From Eledone cirrhosa (taxonomy: Eukaryota), in contig OZ024742.1 in NCBI GenBank assembly GCA_964016885.1, positions 72,292,001 through 72,356,000 of the forward strand: 64,000 bases of DNA, written 5' to 3'. Shown in pieces: positions 24,331 through 36,511 of this stretch. A program made the position numbers and the translations under genes. The notes below the pieces were generated by a model, which ran no database searches, was not told where the DNA came from, and saw only the letters and a program-made list of their open reading frames with translations. Numbering within the stretch: position 1 is the stretch's first letter; each line of letters starts with the position of its first letter.

Positions 24331-26034
24331 CTACCTTTCCGCTTCCCGGGGTTCGGGTTGCACGACTTCCATGGGGTCGGGGGTGTTGGGTGAAGGGGTG
24401 TCTTGTGGTGGTGTGGGGTCGTCAGTGTGTGGTGGGGTTGGGGTGTTTGGAGTTGTGTTGGGGAGGGGAAGGGGAGGGGGAAAGCTTTTTAGTAGGACGC
24501 GGTTTATGGGTTTGACAGAGGGTGGTCCTACGTCCTCCTTAAAATCCTTTTTTAGTTTTTGGTAGAGGTTCATTGGGATTTTTATTAGTTTTAAATGTGG
24601 GTGGTTTTCTGACGAAACAAAGTTTACACCTTCGGTTTGTACCGAAGGATTATTGTATATGAGTTCATTTAATTTATTATTGTTTCTGTTGATGTAAGTA
24701 TAGTGTAATGTCTTTTTTTCCGATGGTGTGAGTGTTTCGAAGAGGGGAGGGGCAGGTTTGGTTTTGTTTGTTGCTGCAGGGGTGTTTTCTGTTTTGTTGG
24801 ATTGTGTTGCGATTTGGGTGGGGGTTGTTTGTCCTTGTGTGTTTTGCACATGTTTTCTTTTTTTCCTTTTAATCTGTCTGAAGGACTCCGTTTCTTCCTC
24901 CGAATTCGTTGGGTTATCTTCAGTGTTGGAGGGAAGAGGTATGTTTGCTGGTAATGTTTCCGTGTTGGTTTTCTTTGTGGGGGAGATGGATGTCACTATG
25001 TTAGACTGTGTTGTGTGTTGTGTCTGCGGTGGTTGTGTTGTTTTATTGAGTGAGAGGTTGGGTGGGCCTGTATTTTGTTTTGGGGTAATGTGTTGTGACT
25101 GTTTGTGTTGTGGTGGTGTTGTGGTTTTACTGAGGGACGGGTTGGGTGGGACTGAGTTTTGTTGTTTGTTTATCTGTTGTGGTGGTGGAGCTGGTGTTGG
25201 TAGCAGGGTTTTCTTTTTGTTGAGTTGGGGACAAGCGGCCTTCAGGTGCCCTCTGCCTGCACAGATATGGCAGGACAGCCTTCTCCCCTCCACGCTAATG
25301 TTTATATACCCGTGGTCCTCTAATAGGATTCTGTCGGGTATTTGGGCGATGCGTTCAGGCTTCATTTGTACTACTAGCTCTATACCTGTTCCACTGAACG
25401 CATTGCCTGTGGTTTTCCCAATGGAAATCACGTTGTCATTCACTGGATCGATGAAGCCAGCTATGAGCCAGCAGTAGTCCACATCTGGCATCATTGCATC
25501 CAGCCATATGCGTTGAGTTCTTTTCCCCATATAAGATGGATAAAAGGTGAAATTTTTCGAACGAATCGGTGACAAAGCACATTTTTTTGCCGCCGATTCG
25601 TTCTTCATGATAATTGCTAGGCTTCCATACAGTCTGTCTTTTCTTATGAAAGTGGTTTCATTGAGTACTTCTGTGAGTACTGTTTTGATATCTGCTTGAG
25701 AAGGCTGTTCAGGTTTTTTTGTACTGTTGTTGATGGTCCGAAACTTGACCGTTCGGCTTTCAATGTCTTTCGTGAATTCTTGAGGCATTTTTACCGATAA
25801 AATACCATTCTCTCCTTCACTTATGTATTGTTTGGCGTCCGTGATCCTTCGTACCACATCTGAAATGTTTTCCGCTATATAAGTCAAAGATTTCTTTGTT
25901 TTCTGTGCAAATGAAATCTTGTCGTCTGCTTTGTTTTCTGATATGGTGTTATTTTCAACTGTTATTTTTGTGTTTGTTGTGTCTTTGTTTGTGTTATTAG
26001 TGCAATAATAACACAATATCATGCAATTTTTCAA
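24331..26034 (-). CDS. Tx1 ORF1 (gag-like, CCHC zinc knuckle)
   Basis: 567 aa with CHICAGRGHLKAAC and a Pro/Thr/Gln-rich region. It may extend to about 26240 across a homopolymer frameshift at 26036-26047. Confidence 0.85.
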   Translation of the reverse strand: MKNCMILCYYCTNNTNKDTTNTKITVENNTISENKADDKISFAQKTKKSLTYIAENISDVVRRITDAKQYISEGENGILSVKMPQEFTKDIESRTVKFRTINNSTKKPEQPSQADIKTVLTEVLNETTFIRKDRLYGSLAIIMKNESAAKKCALSPIRSKNFTFYPSYMGKRTQRIWLDAMMPDVDYCWLIAGFIDPVNDNVISIGKTTGNAFSGTGIELVVQMKPERIAQIPDRILLEDHGYINISVEGRRLSCHICAGRGHLKAACPQLNKKKTLLPTPAPPPQQINKQQNSVPPNPSLSKTTTPPQHKQSQHITPKQNTGPPNLSLNKTTQPPQTQHTTQSNIVTSISPTKKTNTETLPANIPLPSNTEDNPTNSEEETESFRQIKRKKRKHVQNTQGQTTPTQIATQSNKTENTPAATNKTKPAPPLFETLTPSEKKTLHYTYINRNNNKLNELIYNNPSVQTEGVNFVSSENHPHLKLIKIPMNLYQKLKKDFKEDVGPPSVKPINRVLLKSFPPPLPLPNTTPNTPTPPHTDDPTPPQDTPSPNTPDPMEVVQPEPREAER

Positions 26035-26465
26035 ATTTTTTTTTTTTCGTTGTTGGAATCCAAGTCCAGATTTGTGTTTTCGTCATTTAATTTTTTCTCC
26101 GCAGATTCGTCTGTTTTTATTTTAATTTTTCCTTCCTTCTCTATGACGTTAGTTGGGAAGGGAGGGAGGACTAAAGCGTGCGAGCTTACAACTCTTACCG
26201 CTGTCCCTCCACCACTATTTTCGTTCGCTGCGTTTAACATTTCTGTTAGACGATTGAAATTTTTTACACAAAATTTTTTAAAACAGGTTTTTCACCTCTA
26301 GGAGGGGTAAAGATGAGCTGACCCACCGCCTGACAGTTCAGACGGAGGGTCAAGCTACACAATTGTATCAAAATTAAGTTTGAACTCACAAAATTTCCTC
26401 AATAAATTTGAACAAAACTTCTGTGCGAAGTGAATGACATCCCCACTGTAGAACAGACGACAGCT

Positions 26466-26686
<221 letters not shown>

Positions 26687-27306
26687 TATTTCTTTATTAG
26701 CCACAGGGGCACAAAAGAAGGGGACAAATACAAAGGGGGAAGTTTACATACAATAAAAACGTGTAAAATGTTATCACAGATGGAATTTAAAAGTTAGTCG
26801 ATTTTCCCCAATAGAGGGAGACAGTTTATATGGGTAACACAGACCCCCGAAAAAAATGTGCAACCCTCATCTCCAGGAGTACGAAGAGCTTGTACTCCTT
26901 TCCTCTCCTCCTCCTTTTCCTCAACCTACAGGCTGATATAGAGAGAAGGCCCATTCACTCGGGCCATTCTCGCCACTTTCACCCACCTTTCATAAAACTT
27001 GCTGGGGTACAGCACCTCTCTCTCCATCCTGATTCTTCTTCCAAAGTGGTATTTGAAAAAAAGAATCAGTTGTTGGCCGGAGAGAAAGGTGTCTGACCTC
27101 AGCCCTTTCAACCTTGTCCACCATACAACCTCTTTCGCCATAGCTATCACACAAAGGAAAACCGCCTCTCCTTCGTTTTTGAAGGAGGGTGGCGGTTTGA
27201 TCATGACAATGGACTCGGTGGTCAACTGGATTGGTCCCACCCGCGACAATAGTCGTTCTACATAGCCCCACAGGTCAGTGACGCCCGGGCAGTGTATGAA
27301 TGCGTG
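26687..27306 (-). mobile_element. 5'-truncated Tx1-like LINE (copy C)
   Basis: ORF 26926-27249 is homologous to the ORF2 C-terminus. Ends AATAAA-GAAATA-(TATC)n. Confidence 0.9.
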
Positions 27307-27572
27307 ATTGCCTAGGGATAAATATATAGATAGCTATAGATCACTACTATTAAACCACTGTCTAACCAGAGGTTGGATATGTCTTGTCAACATTGAGTGA
27401 AAGAGAGAAAAAGAGAGGAAAATCTCAAAGAACATATATGAGCAAATTACCACTTTGACAAATCTATCACAAGGGATTGTCACCTGATCTTATGTTCTAT
27501 TTTTGTTAATGTACGTAAATCGTATCATTTGTACTGCCTCTCTGTTGTTTATTCTCTGTTCATTTATTCAAC

Positions 27573-27662
<90 letters not shown>

Positions 27663-27678
27663 CAGGAAAAGAGTCATG

Positions 27679-27773
27679 ACCCCGACGGCAGAGCTCAAGC
27701 CGTTTCAGCGGCTATTTCTGCACTAAATTAAATTTTTAGCGTGGTGTTGATATAGCCGAACTCTTCAAGGGGT
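27679..27773 (-). ncRNA. Type I hammerhead with a full stem III (UUGAAGA core variant)
   Basis: ACCCC-UUGAAGA-[long stem II CGGCUAU...AUAGCCG]-GAAA-CGGC-uugagcucu-GCCG-UC-GGGGU. Lies in a PLE pLTR similar to 50760-51040. Confidence 0.75.
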
Positions 27774-28023
27774 AATTCCATATATGGGCATGCGATAATC
27801 AGGCATTTCTGAAGGTTGTAGTTATCAAAAGGTCTGGTCGAAGTTCCTTGTAAACACAGTTAAATCTTTCATGGCGGCGGGTAGGGATGGGGGGTGGCTG
27901 AACTTATCTGTAGAACAAAGAGGGAGTGTGTGAAGCCGGTCAAGCGTTAAAAGTAGATTCTATACAGCAATTTCTAAGTGTGGCTAAAGTAGGCTAGCTA
28001 AAAAGCAAGCGAAAATAGAATTA

Positions 28024-28485
28024 CTAGACCTGAAAAATGCGCAAACTCAAAAGAGCCACAGAATGTTATAATAAACCTTCAAAAGTGTGGGACTAGAGTT
28101 GTTGCTCAAAAATATTGTAATCATTATCTATGGTACAATTTGTGGCATCCTTTTATAAAAAAAGAGACTCATAACGAACTCAAGACGACACGATAATTAT
28201 TTAAGCTAATGTTCAATATCTCATATAGATTAATACGAAATGCACTTAAACCGAATTCTATATTATAAATTCTCTTAAATAATTATCGTGTCGTCTTGAG
28301 TTCGTTATGAGTCTCTTTTTTATAAAAGGATGCCACAGATTGTACGATAGATAATGATTACAATATTTTTGAGCAACAACTCTAGTCCCACACTTTTGAA
28401 GGTTTATTATATTATAATAAATCACAGAATGTTATAATTTATAACATTCTATGGCTCTTTTGAGCTTGCGCATTTTTCAGGTCTA
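28024..28485. repeat. Long inverted repeat (fold-back)
   Basis: Arms at about 28024-28205 and 28273-28485 are nearly complementary. Confidence 0.9.
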
Positions 28486-29209
28486 GTTTAATATTTTTTT
28501 AAGGCATCGCTTGTAATAACTCTAGTTAAATATGATATATATTAATAATAAATTATCGTTGTAATGTAATTAGATTATATAATTGTTATTTTATAAACGA
28601 TCTTATAAATATTATTGTAAGATGTATAAAAATATTTTCAGACTTTTAATAGTTAATATAAATTTAAAAAATCATATATAAATTAACAATATAACTTACC
28701 AAAACGAGAAAAATATTTTGATGATAAAAATATTTTGATGATAAAAGACGAAATACTGGAGGAAGATTCGAAAGCCAAACGATAAATAAACGTGCAAACA
28801 AAGTGGCGGATGCTTTTGAGCAACAATTACTCTCGTTGGTTGATTAGCCAATAAGACGATGAAATTAGCCAATAAGACGATACATTACAAAAGATGTTTG
28901 GGAAGGATCACCACGGCCAGCGATACCCCTTGAATTTTTTATTCACAAGCTACGCATGTATGTCACACATGTCATGTCAACACAGACACGCAGACTTAAA
29001 ACATTCTGTTGTTAGTCACTGCGTGTCTAACAGATACAGAAATCAGAAAATGGGAAATTATAAAATTATAAAACGTTTGAAAGTATATACTTTCTTTGTG
29101 CATATAAGAAATGAAATTTCATTTTTTCCATTTATATATATATATATATATTTAGTCCAGAATTAGCCGTCGAAACGGCTTGAACTCAGCCGTCGGGGTC
29201 CTACTTGTT

Positions 29210-29276
<67 letters not shown>

Positions 29277-29278
<2 letters not shown>

Positions 29279-29464
29279 AAGGCGGGTAAAATTCCTGAGA
29301 TCCATGGACGAGTTCTCTCCAGCGGTCTCTGTCCCTCATTATCGCTGCCATGTCCTGCGTTTCCAACAGACTAGTGTCTGTCCTTAGGGCATCAACATAC
29401 GTTAACCTTGGTCTTCCTCTTCTAGTGTGTCCATGTAGGGGCTCCCACAGGAGCACTGAGTGCA

Positions 29465-29465
<1 letters not shown>
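29277..29465 (-). mobile_element. RTE/RTE-X-like LINE 3' end
   Basis: VLLWEPLHGHTRRGRPRLTYVDALRTDT...MRDRDRWRELV. Confidence 0.7.
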
Positions 29466-29496
<31 letters not shown>

Positions 29497-29542
29497 ATGT
29501 ATATCAAGTAAGAATATTTTCGAAACAGCGAGTGGGTTTGAA

Positions 29543-29668
29543 ATTATTAGAAATGTAAGCTATCGCCGTATTTTGACTAAAGAAATTAAAGAAATTATTT
29601 AGCCTGATAGTGGGCTAAATAATTTCTTTAATTTCTTTAGTCAAAATACTGCGATAGCTTACATTTCT

Positions 29669-29675
<7 letters not shown>
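29543..29675. repeat. Palindrome beside (TA)n
   Basis: attattagaaatgtaagctatcgc...gcgatagcttacatttctaataat. Confidence 0.9.
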
Positions 29676-29730
<55 letters not shown>

Positions 29731-30060
29731 GTATGTATTTCGTTCTTGTACTATCCCCTATGCGTTGAATTATTGTGCCTATCAAAAGAAGGCATTGTAA
29801 CTGTTGTTACTTCTACTACTACTTCTACTACTGATATTACTACTGATGGTGCTACTGCCCCGACAGCCACCACACGCATGGTGAAAGAGAAGGTGTTTAT
29901 CTGGAAATGACATTTGTAGACGTTGGTTTCACTATGCACTTTTCTCCAGGGAATCAACATCAATCTGGATATATATATATGTACACATTCATACATACAT
30001 GCATTTATGCACACATACATACATACATACAAATTTGTCAAATTATAAAACCAGAAGAAC

Positions 30061-30092
<32 letters not shown>

Positions 30093-31069
30093 ATATATAG
30101 TGTGTGTGTGTGTGTATGTATGTGTGTGTATATATATATATATATGTATATGTGTGTGCGTGTGTGTATATATATATATATATATACACACATACACACA
30201 CATATATATACATATATACATATGTATATTTATATATAAATGTATATATATATCTATACACACAACACACACACTCAAACATGCTACTTCAAATATATCA
30301 TTTTCAGGTTTCAAGAATTTTAGTTGCTTCAATTTCAAACCCAAATCGTTTCAGCGGAGAACAGTCTATGCAGTCATTCCATCATTCCATCTTGCAGTAC
30401 ATCTTCCTCAGGCGTGATACCATCTCCCGATTTGGTGGAGACAAATCGTCGATAAGATATATCCTAATCAAATACTAGGAGCCAGTATAACCGACTGCGG
30501 ACTGTCAGCTCCTATCAAACGTCTATTTTTGTGTCTGTTAGAAATCTTCATTTTATAGTATTTTATTCTATTATTTTATTTGGTCGAAACGTTAGAGCGT
30601 CGGACACAATGCCTCAAGCGATGGGCAAAAATGCCTCAGAGCACAAAGACCATCAGTCAGTGGTCAACAGAGAAACAATCCACGGGGTGGGTGACAGGCA
30701 GAGAAAACTACAGAAAAGACTTAAAGAGAAAGAGGACAAGAAGTGTGTTGGCACACAAAAGTGACTGGAAGAAGGGAATAAAGAAAGGCGATGTAGAAGA
30801 CAATTTTACACACACAACTCCACCCTTATCATCAGCTCTCAAACCAGCAAAATGGTTTCTGTGTTTCATTTGCCTGTCACCGACCTTGTGGATTGTCTCT
30901 GTCCCCTGGAGAATTTTTCCCATCACTGTCTTTGACAACATTTAGCTGTTTTAACGGCTGTTCTAGTGGTGAGTTTTCTTATTTTTATATGTATTCAACT
31001 GCACCCTCGCTTCATTTCGATCAGAATCAAAAATGTAATTATATATATATTTCTGCAGTGGGATATTAC

Positions 31070-31330
31070 TAATCGGTCTAATTCGTCTATATTGGAGAAA
31101 TTGCTAGCGAAATGAAGAGCCTTGTCAAGTATGGTCCTGGATATCGAGGTGTAAAAATCACCTATATCAAATTGAATGAACCTTCCTCTTTAATAATGAC
31201 GAATCCTGGATAAAGAAATCCTCAATCAACGACACATTCGATGTGCCGATGGGATCATTTGACAGTGCAGATATATGCGATTTGGTGAGCCTTTTTATCT
31301 TAGACACACTACGTAAGAAATTCCCATGCA
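31070..31330 (+). mobile_element. PLE (Hydra-like) RT fragment
   Basis: SWIKKS...TFDVPMGSFDSADICDLVSLFIL. Confidence 0.7.
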
Positions 31331-31613
31331 GTGAAAATAGGCTATTCTTGTAACCGTCAAACGCAAAAGCCGTCCGACTTACGGATGCTTATGCAGAAGG
31401 CCAGAGACATGCCCACTAGACCAACAGTGCAACACTCCAACAGTGATATATCAAGTAGAAGTGACCTCCACCAACCGGAACAACCAAACTGAAGCCTAGA
31501 CTTATGTCAGAATGTCCTAATGATTTCTCCTGAATGAAACAGTTCTAGTCCTGTAGAAGCCATTTCTATATTAAATATTTATACTCTGCTATGTATCGAG
31601 TACCTTACTGACT

Positions 31614-32090
31614 TAAAAGGTAAACAGAAATAACAACACAATCGGTAGAGTATATGGAAGGAATATAGTATATTAACGCTTGAAATGACAGGAAGGGGGG
31701 GGGGGTCTTAACGTTTCGGACGTTAGTCCTTCATCAGAAGAAAGAATGAGAAATAAGATAGATTGAGGGGACGGGCGGGTTGGAATTGGAAAAAAATGTC
31801 TTTAGATGGCGTTTTGTGTATGATTTATTTTTTAGAAGAAATGTGTACACCAGCATCAACAGTTTTGCAAGAGATGTCAACATGAATGGACCTGTTATTT
31901 TTATCTAAAGACATTTTTTTCGAATTCCAACCCGCCCGTGCCCTCAATCTAACTTATTTCTCATTCTTTCTTCTGGTGAAGGACTAGCGTCCGAAGCGCT
32001 AAGACCCTCTTCCTGCTATTTCAAGCGTTAACCTAATATATTCCTTCCATATACTCTACCGATTGTGTTGTTATTTCTGTTTACCCTTTA
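31614..32090. repeat. Fold-back element made of two inverted PLE pLTR ends, each with a hammerhead
   Basis: Arms at about 31614-31807 and 31903-32090. Minus-arm hammerhead UCUU-CUGAUGA-A-GGAC-UAAC-GUCC-GAAA-CG-UU-AAGA at 31706-31741, mutated copy at about 31969-32004. Confidence 0.85.
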
Positions 32091-32103
32091 CATACATACA
32101 TAT

Positions 32104-32189
<86 letters not shown>

Positions 32190-32429
32190 GATAATAATCA
32201 TAAAAGACCGATAAGTTTCAAAAACCCGTATAATGCGGCAGAAATATATAAAGGGAAAATGATGACAAATAAAACGAAACAAAGTAATGTTTTACCCAGA
32301 ATATTTTAACATGAAATTTCAGAGCTATACCCTCTTTTCAAATGTGAAGCAGAAACGGTTAAAACAAAAACAAGCGATTGATATGTTCTTCCTTAACTGG
32401 CTTATTTGTCTGGAATTGGCATGCGCGAA

Positions 32430-32765
32430 GTCATTATTGTAGCCAATCTGCTTCGTGCATTTCCAACCTATTATATATCTGTGGCTTTTTCTGGTTGATG
32501 ATAGTGGCTTCCTTATTTCTTAAATTGCCCACATTCCTTTCCATCGCCTCTATAGTGACCTCAGTGTCTTGGTTGCGTCATCTGTCAAGGCGTTTTTTAG
32601 CAGAAGCTCTCGTCATCATGTACTCATTGAACCGTATGTGCAGCATCCGTACGGTACTTCCGATGTACGTTTTTACATGCAACCTTGTAAACCACATACG
32701 CTCTCATGGACACGTCTACATTGTTGATGGGACAATTAGGAAGTGTGCACATATTGTATGTTTTA
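32430..32765 (-). mobile_element. PLE GIY-YIG fragment
   Basis: CTLPNCPI...YVVYKVAC.KTYIGSTVRMLHIRFNEY...KEATIINQKKPQIYNR. Confidence 0.7.
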
Positions 32766-32794
32766 GAAGGATTTATGAGTCTGCAAGTTGGTTT

Positions 32795-33085
32795 ATCAAA
32801 GGTGAAATTAGGACTTGTTAGTAAAGATATACTTAGAAAAATTTATATAGCCATTAGACAACAGTCCAATCTTAATCAAATGGATATTAGTCAAATAGTT
32901 ATAGATTGGTTTAATGTCCTTAAACACACTAAGAAAGCTAGGTTCATTCAATTTGATATAGTTAATTTTTACACTTCGATATCCAGGACCTTACTTGACA
33001 AGGTCCTTCATTTCGGTAGCAATTTCACCAATATAGACGAGTTAGACCGATTATTAATATCCCACTGCAGAAAAGCCCTCATCAG
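32795..33085 (+). mobile_element. PLE (Hydra-like) RT fragment
   Basis: VSKDILRKI...VIDWF...FIQFDIVNFYTSIS..LL...HCRKAL. Confidence 0.75.
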
Positions 33086-33516
33086 AACCACCAAACTGAA
33101 GCCTAGACTTATGTCGGAATGTCCTGAACCATGAAACAAACTTCAATCATCCTGACAAAAAACATGCCACCCATCTCGCAAACTATGTGTGGAACGAAAT
33201 TTTTCCGGCTATGTAACTCGGAAAAGTGAAATATACTCTCACAACTGGCTTCAGAGAAACTCTGATTAAATACCCACCTTGACTGCTTTAGTTGCTGTCC
33301 ACACAAAGCGAAATCCATTCTAGGAAAATGGCATAGACCAGACAAACTAATTTTAATTCCAAAGAATTTCATTGCTTTCAATTACCCCCCTTTACACTAT
33401 CTAAAATTTTTGTTTATTTATAGCTAAATTCGAAATTACCTGTCCTTGAAGAGCTCTCGCGTATTTTCTAAAAACCTCTATTCAACCGGTCGAGGTAAGC
33501 ATTTTCTTTTTATATA

Positions 33517-33566
33517 ACAGGCTGAATGAATTGGGGTGTATAACCCAACGAAACTGAAGTACCTGT
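33517..33566 (+). ncRNA. Hammerhead motif with a 1-nt core insertion
   Basis: ACAGG-CUGAAUGA-AUUGGG...CCCAAC-GAAA-CUGAAG-UA-CCUGU. Confidence 0.55.
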
Positions 33567-33739
33567 ATATGTCACTGTTGTAACTAATTATATTTAACTC
33601 GTCCTATGAACTGAGTGCTCTTACCCTTGGATATGTCTACCAAACTTATACCAACAGTATATATATATATATATATACTCTAATAATAATATTATTTATA
33701 CTAATAGACTAGGAATGTAATTGTTTAAACATTGTGTAA

Positions 33740-33784
33740 GCTCCGATGATTCCAGACAATTATCTGGAAGAAACGATCGTCAGC
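33740..33784 (+). ncRNA. Hammerhead motif (CCGAUGA variant)
   Basis: GCU-CCGAUGA-UUCCAGA-caauua-UCUGGAA-GAAA-CGAUCG-UC-AGC. Confidence 0.7.
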
Positions 33785-33824
33785 AATTAAATGTTTTAAG
33801 CAAATATTTGACTGTTTTATACTT

Positions 33825-33883
<59 letters not shown>

Positions 33884-34142
33884 TTTTTGAATTTGTTTTG
33901 CAAGATTTCTTATCTGAAAACAGATACTGTTATACTGTGGGATGGTCATATGGTCATGTTGTCAATACATAAAAGCCCAGTCATGGAGGCGGTCACAGAA
34001 TGTGTGATGAAAGAGGTTTGACAATATATAAACCAACTGGTTAGCAAACCAACCAACCGGAAATTTATTATAAATTGAAGTGAAAAACAACAGGGGCGTG
34101 TGTTTTTATTGGCAGCATGGCCCTCCAAAAGTATATATATAT

Positions 34143-34305
34143 ATAGGAGAAAGTATGAGCCCGACGGCAGAGCTCAAGCCATTTCGACGGCTATTTCTGG
34201 ACTAAAGTAAGAGTTCTTTTAGTCTGAGACTAAAAAATACTCTTACTTTAGTCCAGAAATAGCCGTCGAAACGGCTTGAGCTCTGCCGTCGGGCTCATAC
34301 TTTCT

Positions 34306-34310
<5 letters not shown>
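34143..34310. repeat. Near-perfect palindrome of two pLTR 3' ends (27.7 kb / 50.8 kb family) in (TA)n
   Basis: taggagaaagtatgagcccgacggcag...ctgccgtcgggctcatactttctccta. Confidence 0.92.
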
Positions 34311-34387
<77 letters not shown>

Positions 34388-34389
34388 AT

Positions 34390-34650
34390 ATAGATAACGA
34401 GGAATCAGTAATGCATCAAAACACAATTTATTAACATATTACATATGTTTCCTCGTCGATTAGCTCAAGGCAGGATCTGTTACAGATCGAACCTGACTCA
34501 GTATTCGCAAGTTCCTCAGATAGGTCTTGTGTATTCAAAGCATTCCATCCAATACTGTAACAAATCCAGCCTTAACCTGATCGTCGGAGAAACACATCTA
34601 ATATGTTAATAAATTGTGTTTTGATGTATTACTGATTCCTCGTCATCTAT
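34390..34650. repeat. Fold-back pLTR with a hammerhead on the minus strand (34436-34523)
   Basis: Arms at about 34390-34485 and 34555-34650. UAU-CUGAGGA...GAAA-CAUAUG-UA-AUA. Confidence 0.75.
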
Positions 34651-34727
34651 AATAATATACTCTACTCTGCGCGAGCATCGAGTGCTCAAACGGCATACCG
34701 CCTCCGGACGCATTTAATTGCAGCCCT

Positions 34728-34758
<31 letters not shown>

Positions 34759-34763
34759 GGGGG

Positions 34764-34826
<63 letters not shown>

Positions 34827-34831
<5 letters not shown>

Positions 34832-35600
34832 AGACGTAAAATAAGAAAATTATAAAATTAACTTACTTACTAAAATATCACTTCCAACTAATTAGTTTCT
34901 GGAATGGAGTAGATACATCTTCCGAAGAAGGTGTTGAGAAACATCCCGTCATCAGGAAAGTCAATTCTCATATAAGTTCCAGGCAAAGCGAGGACACTGG
35001 AAGCTTATTAAAAATAAAACAGTGAATAGGAAATAGCAAAGCGTGGACTTACTTCCTAGCCATTGAGAAAATCACTGCCTCTGTGTCTGTGGCAAATTCA
35101 AAAAGAATCGAACACGTGACATCGAGGTCAATCGGTGGAAAGTGGGTTGTTAATAAGACAGCGGCTAGCCTGCTACCGTAGCAGCAGTCATGGCCAGTAT
35201 TGCTCGACAAATATTTTGGAGATAATAATAAAGAATTTATATCTAGTAACATATATATACATACAACAGGCTAGCCGCTGTCTTATTAACAACCCACTTT
35301 CCACCGATTGACCTAGATGTCACGTGTTCGATTCTTTTTGAATTTGCCACAGACACAGAGGCAGTGATTTTCTCAATGGCTAGGAAGTAAGTCCACGCTT
35401 TGCTATTTCCTATTCACTGATTTATTTTTAATAAGCTTCCAGTGTCCTCGCTTTGCCTGGAACTTATATGAGAATTGACTTTCCTGATGACGGGATGTTT
35501 CTCAACACCTTCTTCGGAAGATGTATCTACTAATTAGTTGGAAGTGATATTTTAGTAAGTAAGTTAATTTTATAATTTTCTTATCTTACGTCTCTTATAT
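34827..35600. repeat. Fold-back pLTR pair (about 340-bp arms) with a hammerhead at 34880-34961 on the minus strand
   Basis: Arms at about 34827-35172 and 35267-35598. CUUUC-CUGAUGA-CGGGAUG...CAUUCCA-GAAA-CUAAUUAG-UU-GGAAG. The plus arm has a 14-bp deletion that removes GAAA. Confidence 0.88.
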
Positions 35601-35739
35601 TATTGTTCTGCAACCCCATGCATTGAACCACAATGTTATTAAGACAAAACCTATATATTTGCTAGCATCGATATGCATTTGTATGTATATATATGTTACT
35701 AGATATAAATTCTTTATTATATATATATATATATATATA

Positions 35740-36075
35740 TAATATAAGATCAAAAGATGGTTAAAGGAGTTCAATATATTTTATTATGCGCATTTCAAAA
35801 ACAAACATCATCAAACAATAATATTTGTGTTTTCATCAGATAAAACAGGAGAACATGATATGAAGGCTAAAAAAACACTTGTTGATAGTGCAGTTTTAAA
35901 TCAACATATGTTGATTTAAAACTGCACTATCAACAAGTGTTTTTTTAGCCTTCATATCATGTTCTCCTGTTTTATCTGATGAAAACACAAATATTATTGT
36001 TTGATGATGTTTGTTTTTGAAATGCGCATAATAAAATATATTGAACTCCTTTAACCATCTTTTGATCTTATATTA
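35740..36075. repeat. Essentially perfect palindrome of about 335 bp with a hammerhead in each arm
   Basis: Centre aaatcaacatatgttgattt at about 35907. UUUUAU-CUGAUGA...GAAA-UGCGCA-UA-AUAAAA at 35970-36036 (+), with its mirror on the minus strand. Confidence 0.92.
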
Positions 36076-36157
36076 TGCATACTCCAGTCCCACAAACTGT
36101 AGAGTGCTTCTTATCCGATATCTGCATTGCTTTATTGTACTACAATAAAACTCACCT

Positions 36158-36248
<91 letters not shown>

Positions 36249-36263
36249 ATACATGTGCATACT

Positions 36264-36306
<43 letters not shown>

Positions 36307-36377
36307 TCATGCCGGGTTCAATCGGGGGTAACCACAGTAAGTAAGGTACTCAATACAGAGCAGAGTATTAATATTTA

Positions 36378-36495
36378 ATATAGAAATGGCTCCTACAGGA
36401 CTAGAATTGTTTCATTCGGGAGAAATCATCAGGAAGCACTGATGATTTCTCCCGAGTGTAACTGTTCTAGTCCTGTAGAAGCCATTTCTATATTA
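36378..36495. repeat. Short fold-back of pLTR ends with hammerhead-like cores
   Basis: tagaaatggctcctacaggactagaa...ttctagtcctgtagaagccatttcta, CUGAUGAUUUCUCCCGAAUGAAAC. Related copy at about 31515-31610. Confidence 0.7.
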
Positions 36496-36511
36496 TATAT
36501 ATATATATATA

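Larger units (their letters stand above)
20645..26465 (-). mobile_element. Full-length L1/Tx1-clade LINE (copy B)
   Basis: ORF1 and ORF2 present, 3' AATAAA followed by (TATC)n, 5' end abuts (GATA)n. Confidence 0.95.

Noticed and set aside
20767-25477. Plus-strand and alternate-frame ORFs over the Tx1 element, and antisense ORFs over the Neptune-like element
   Set aside because: They are shadows of the true ORFs and carry no motifs.
28700-28880. Minus-strand GTAAGT donor with a duplicated CCAAT motif as the first exon of the lectin gene
   Set aside because: It lies between PLE-related termini and a fold-back, and PLE termini carry their own donors (for example near 34865). It is more likely element-derived, though not excluded.
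31969-32004. A-to-G changes as a fossil of ADAR editing before retrotransposition
   Set aside because: Only three A-to-G changes among mixed other substitutions, which is not enough.
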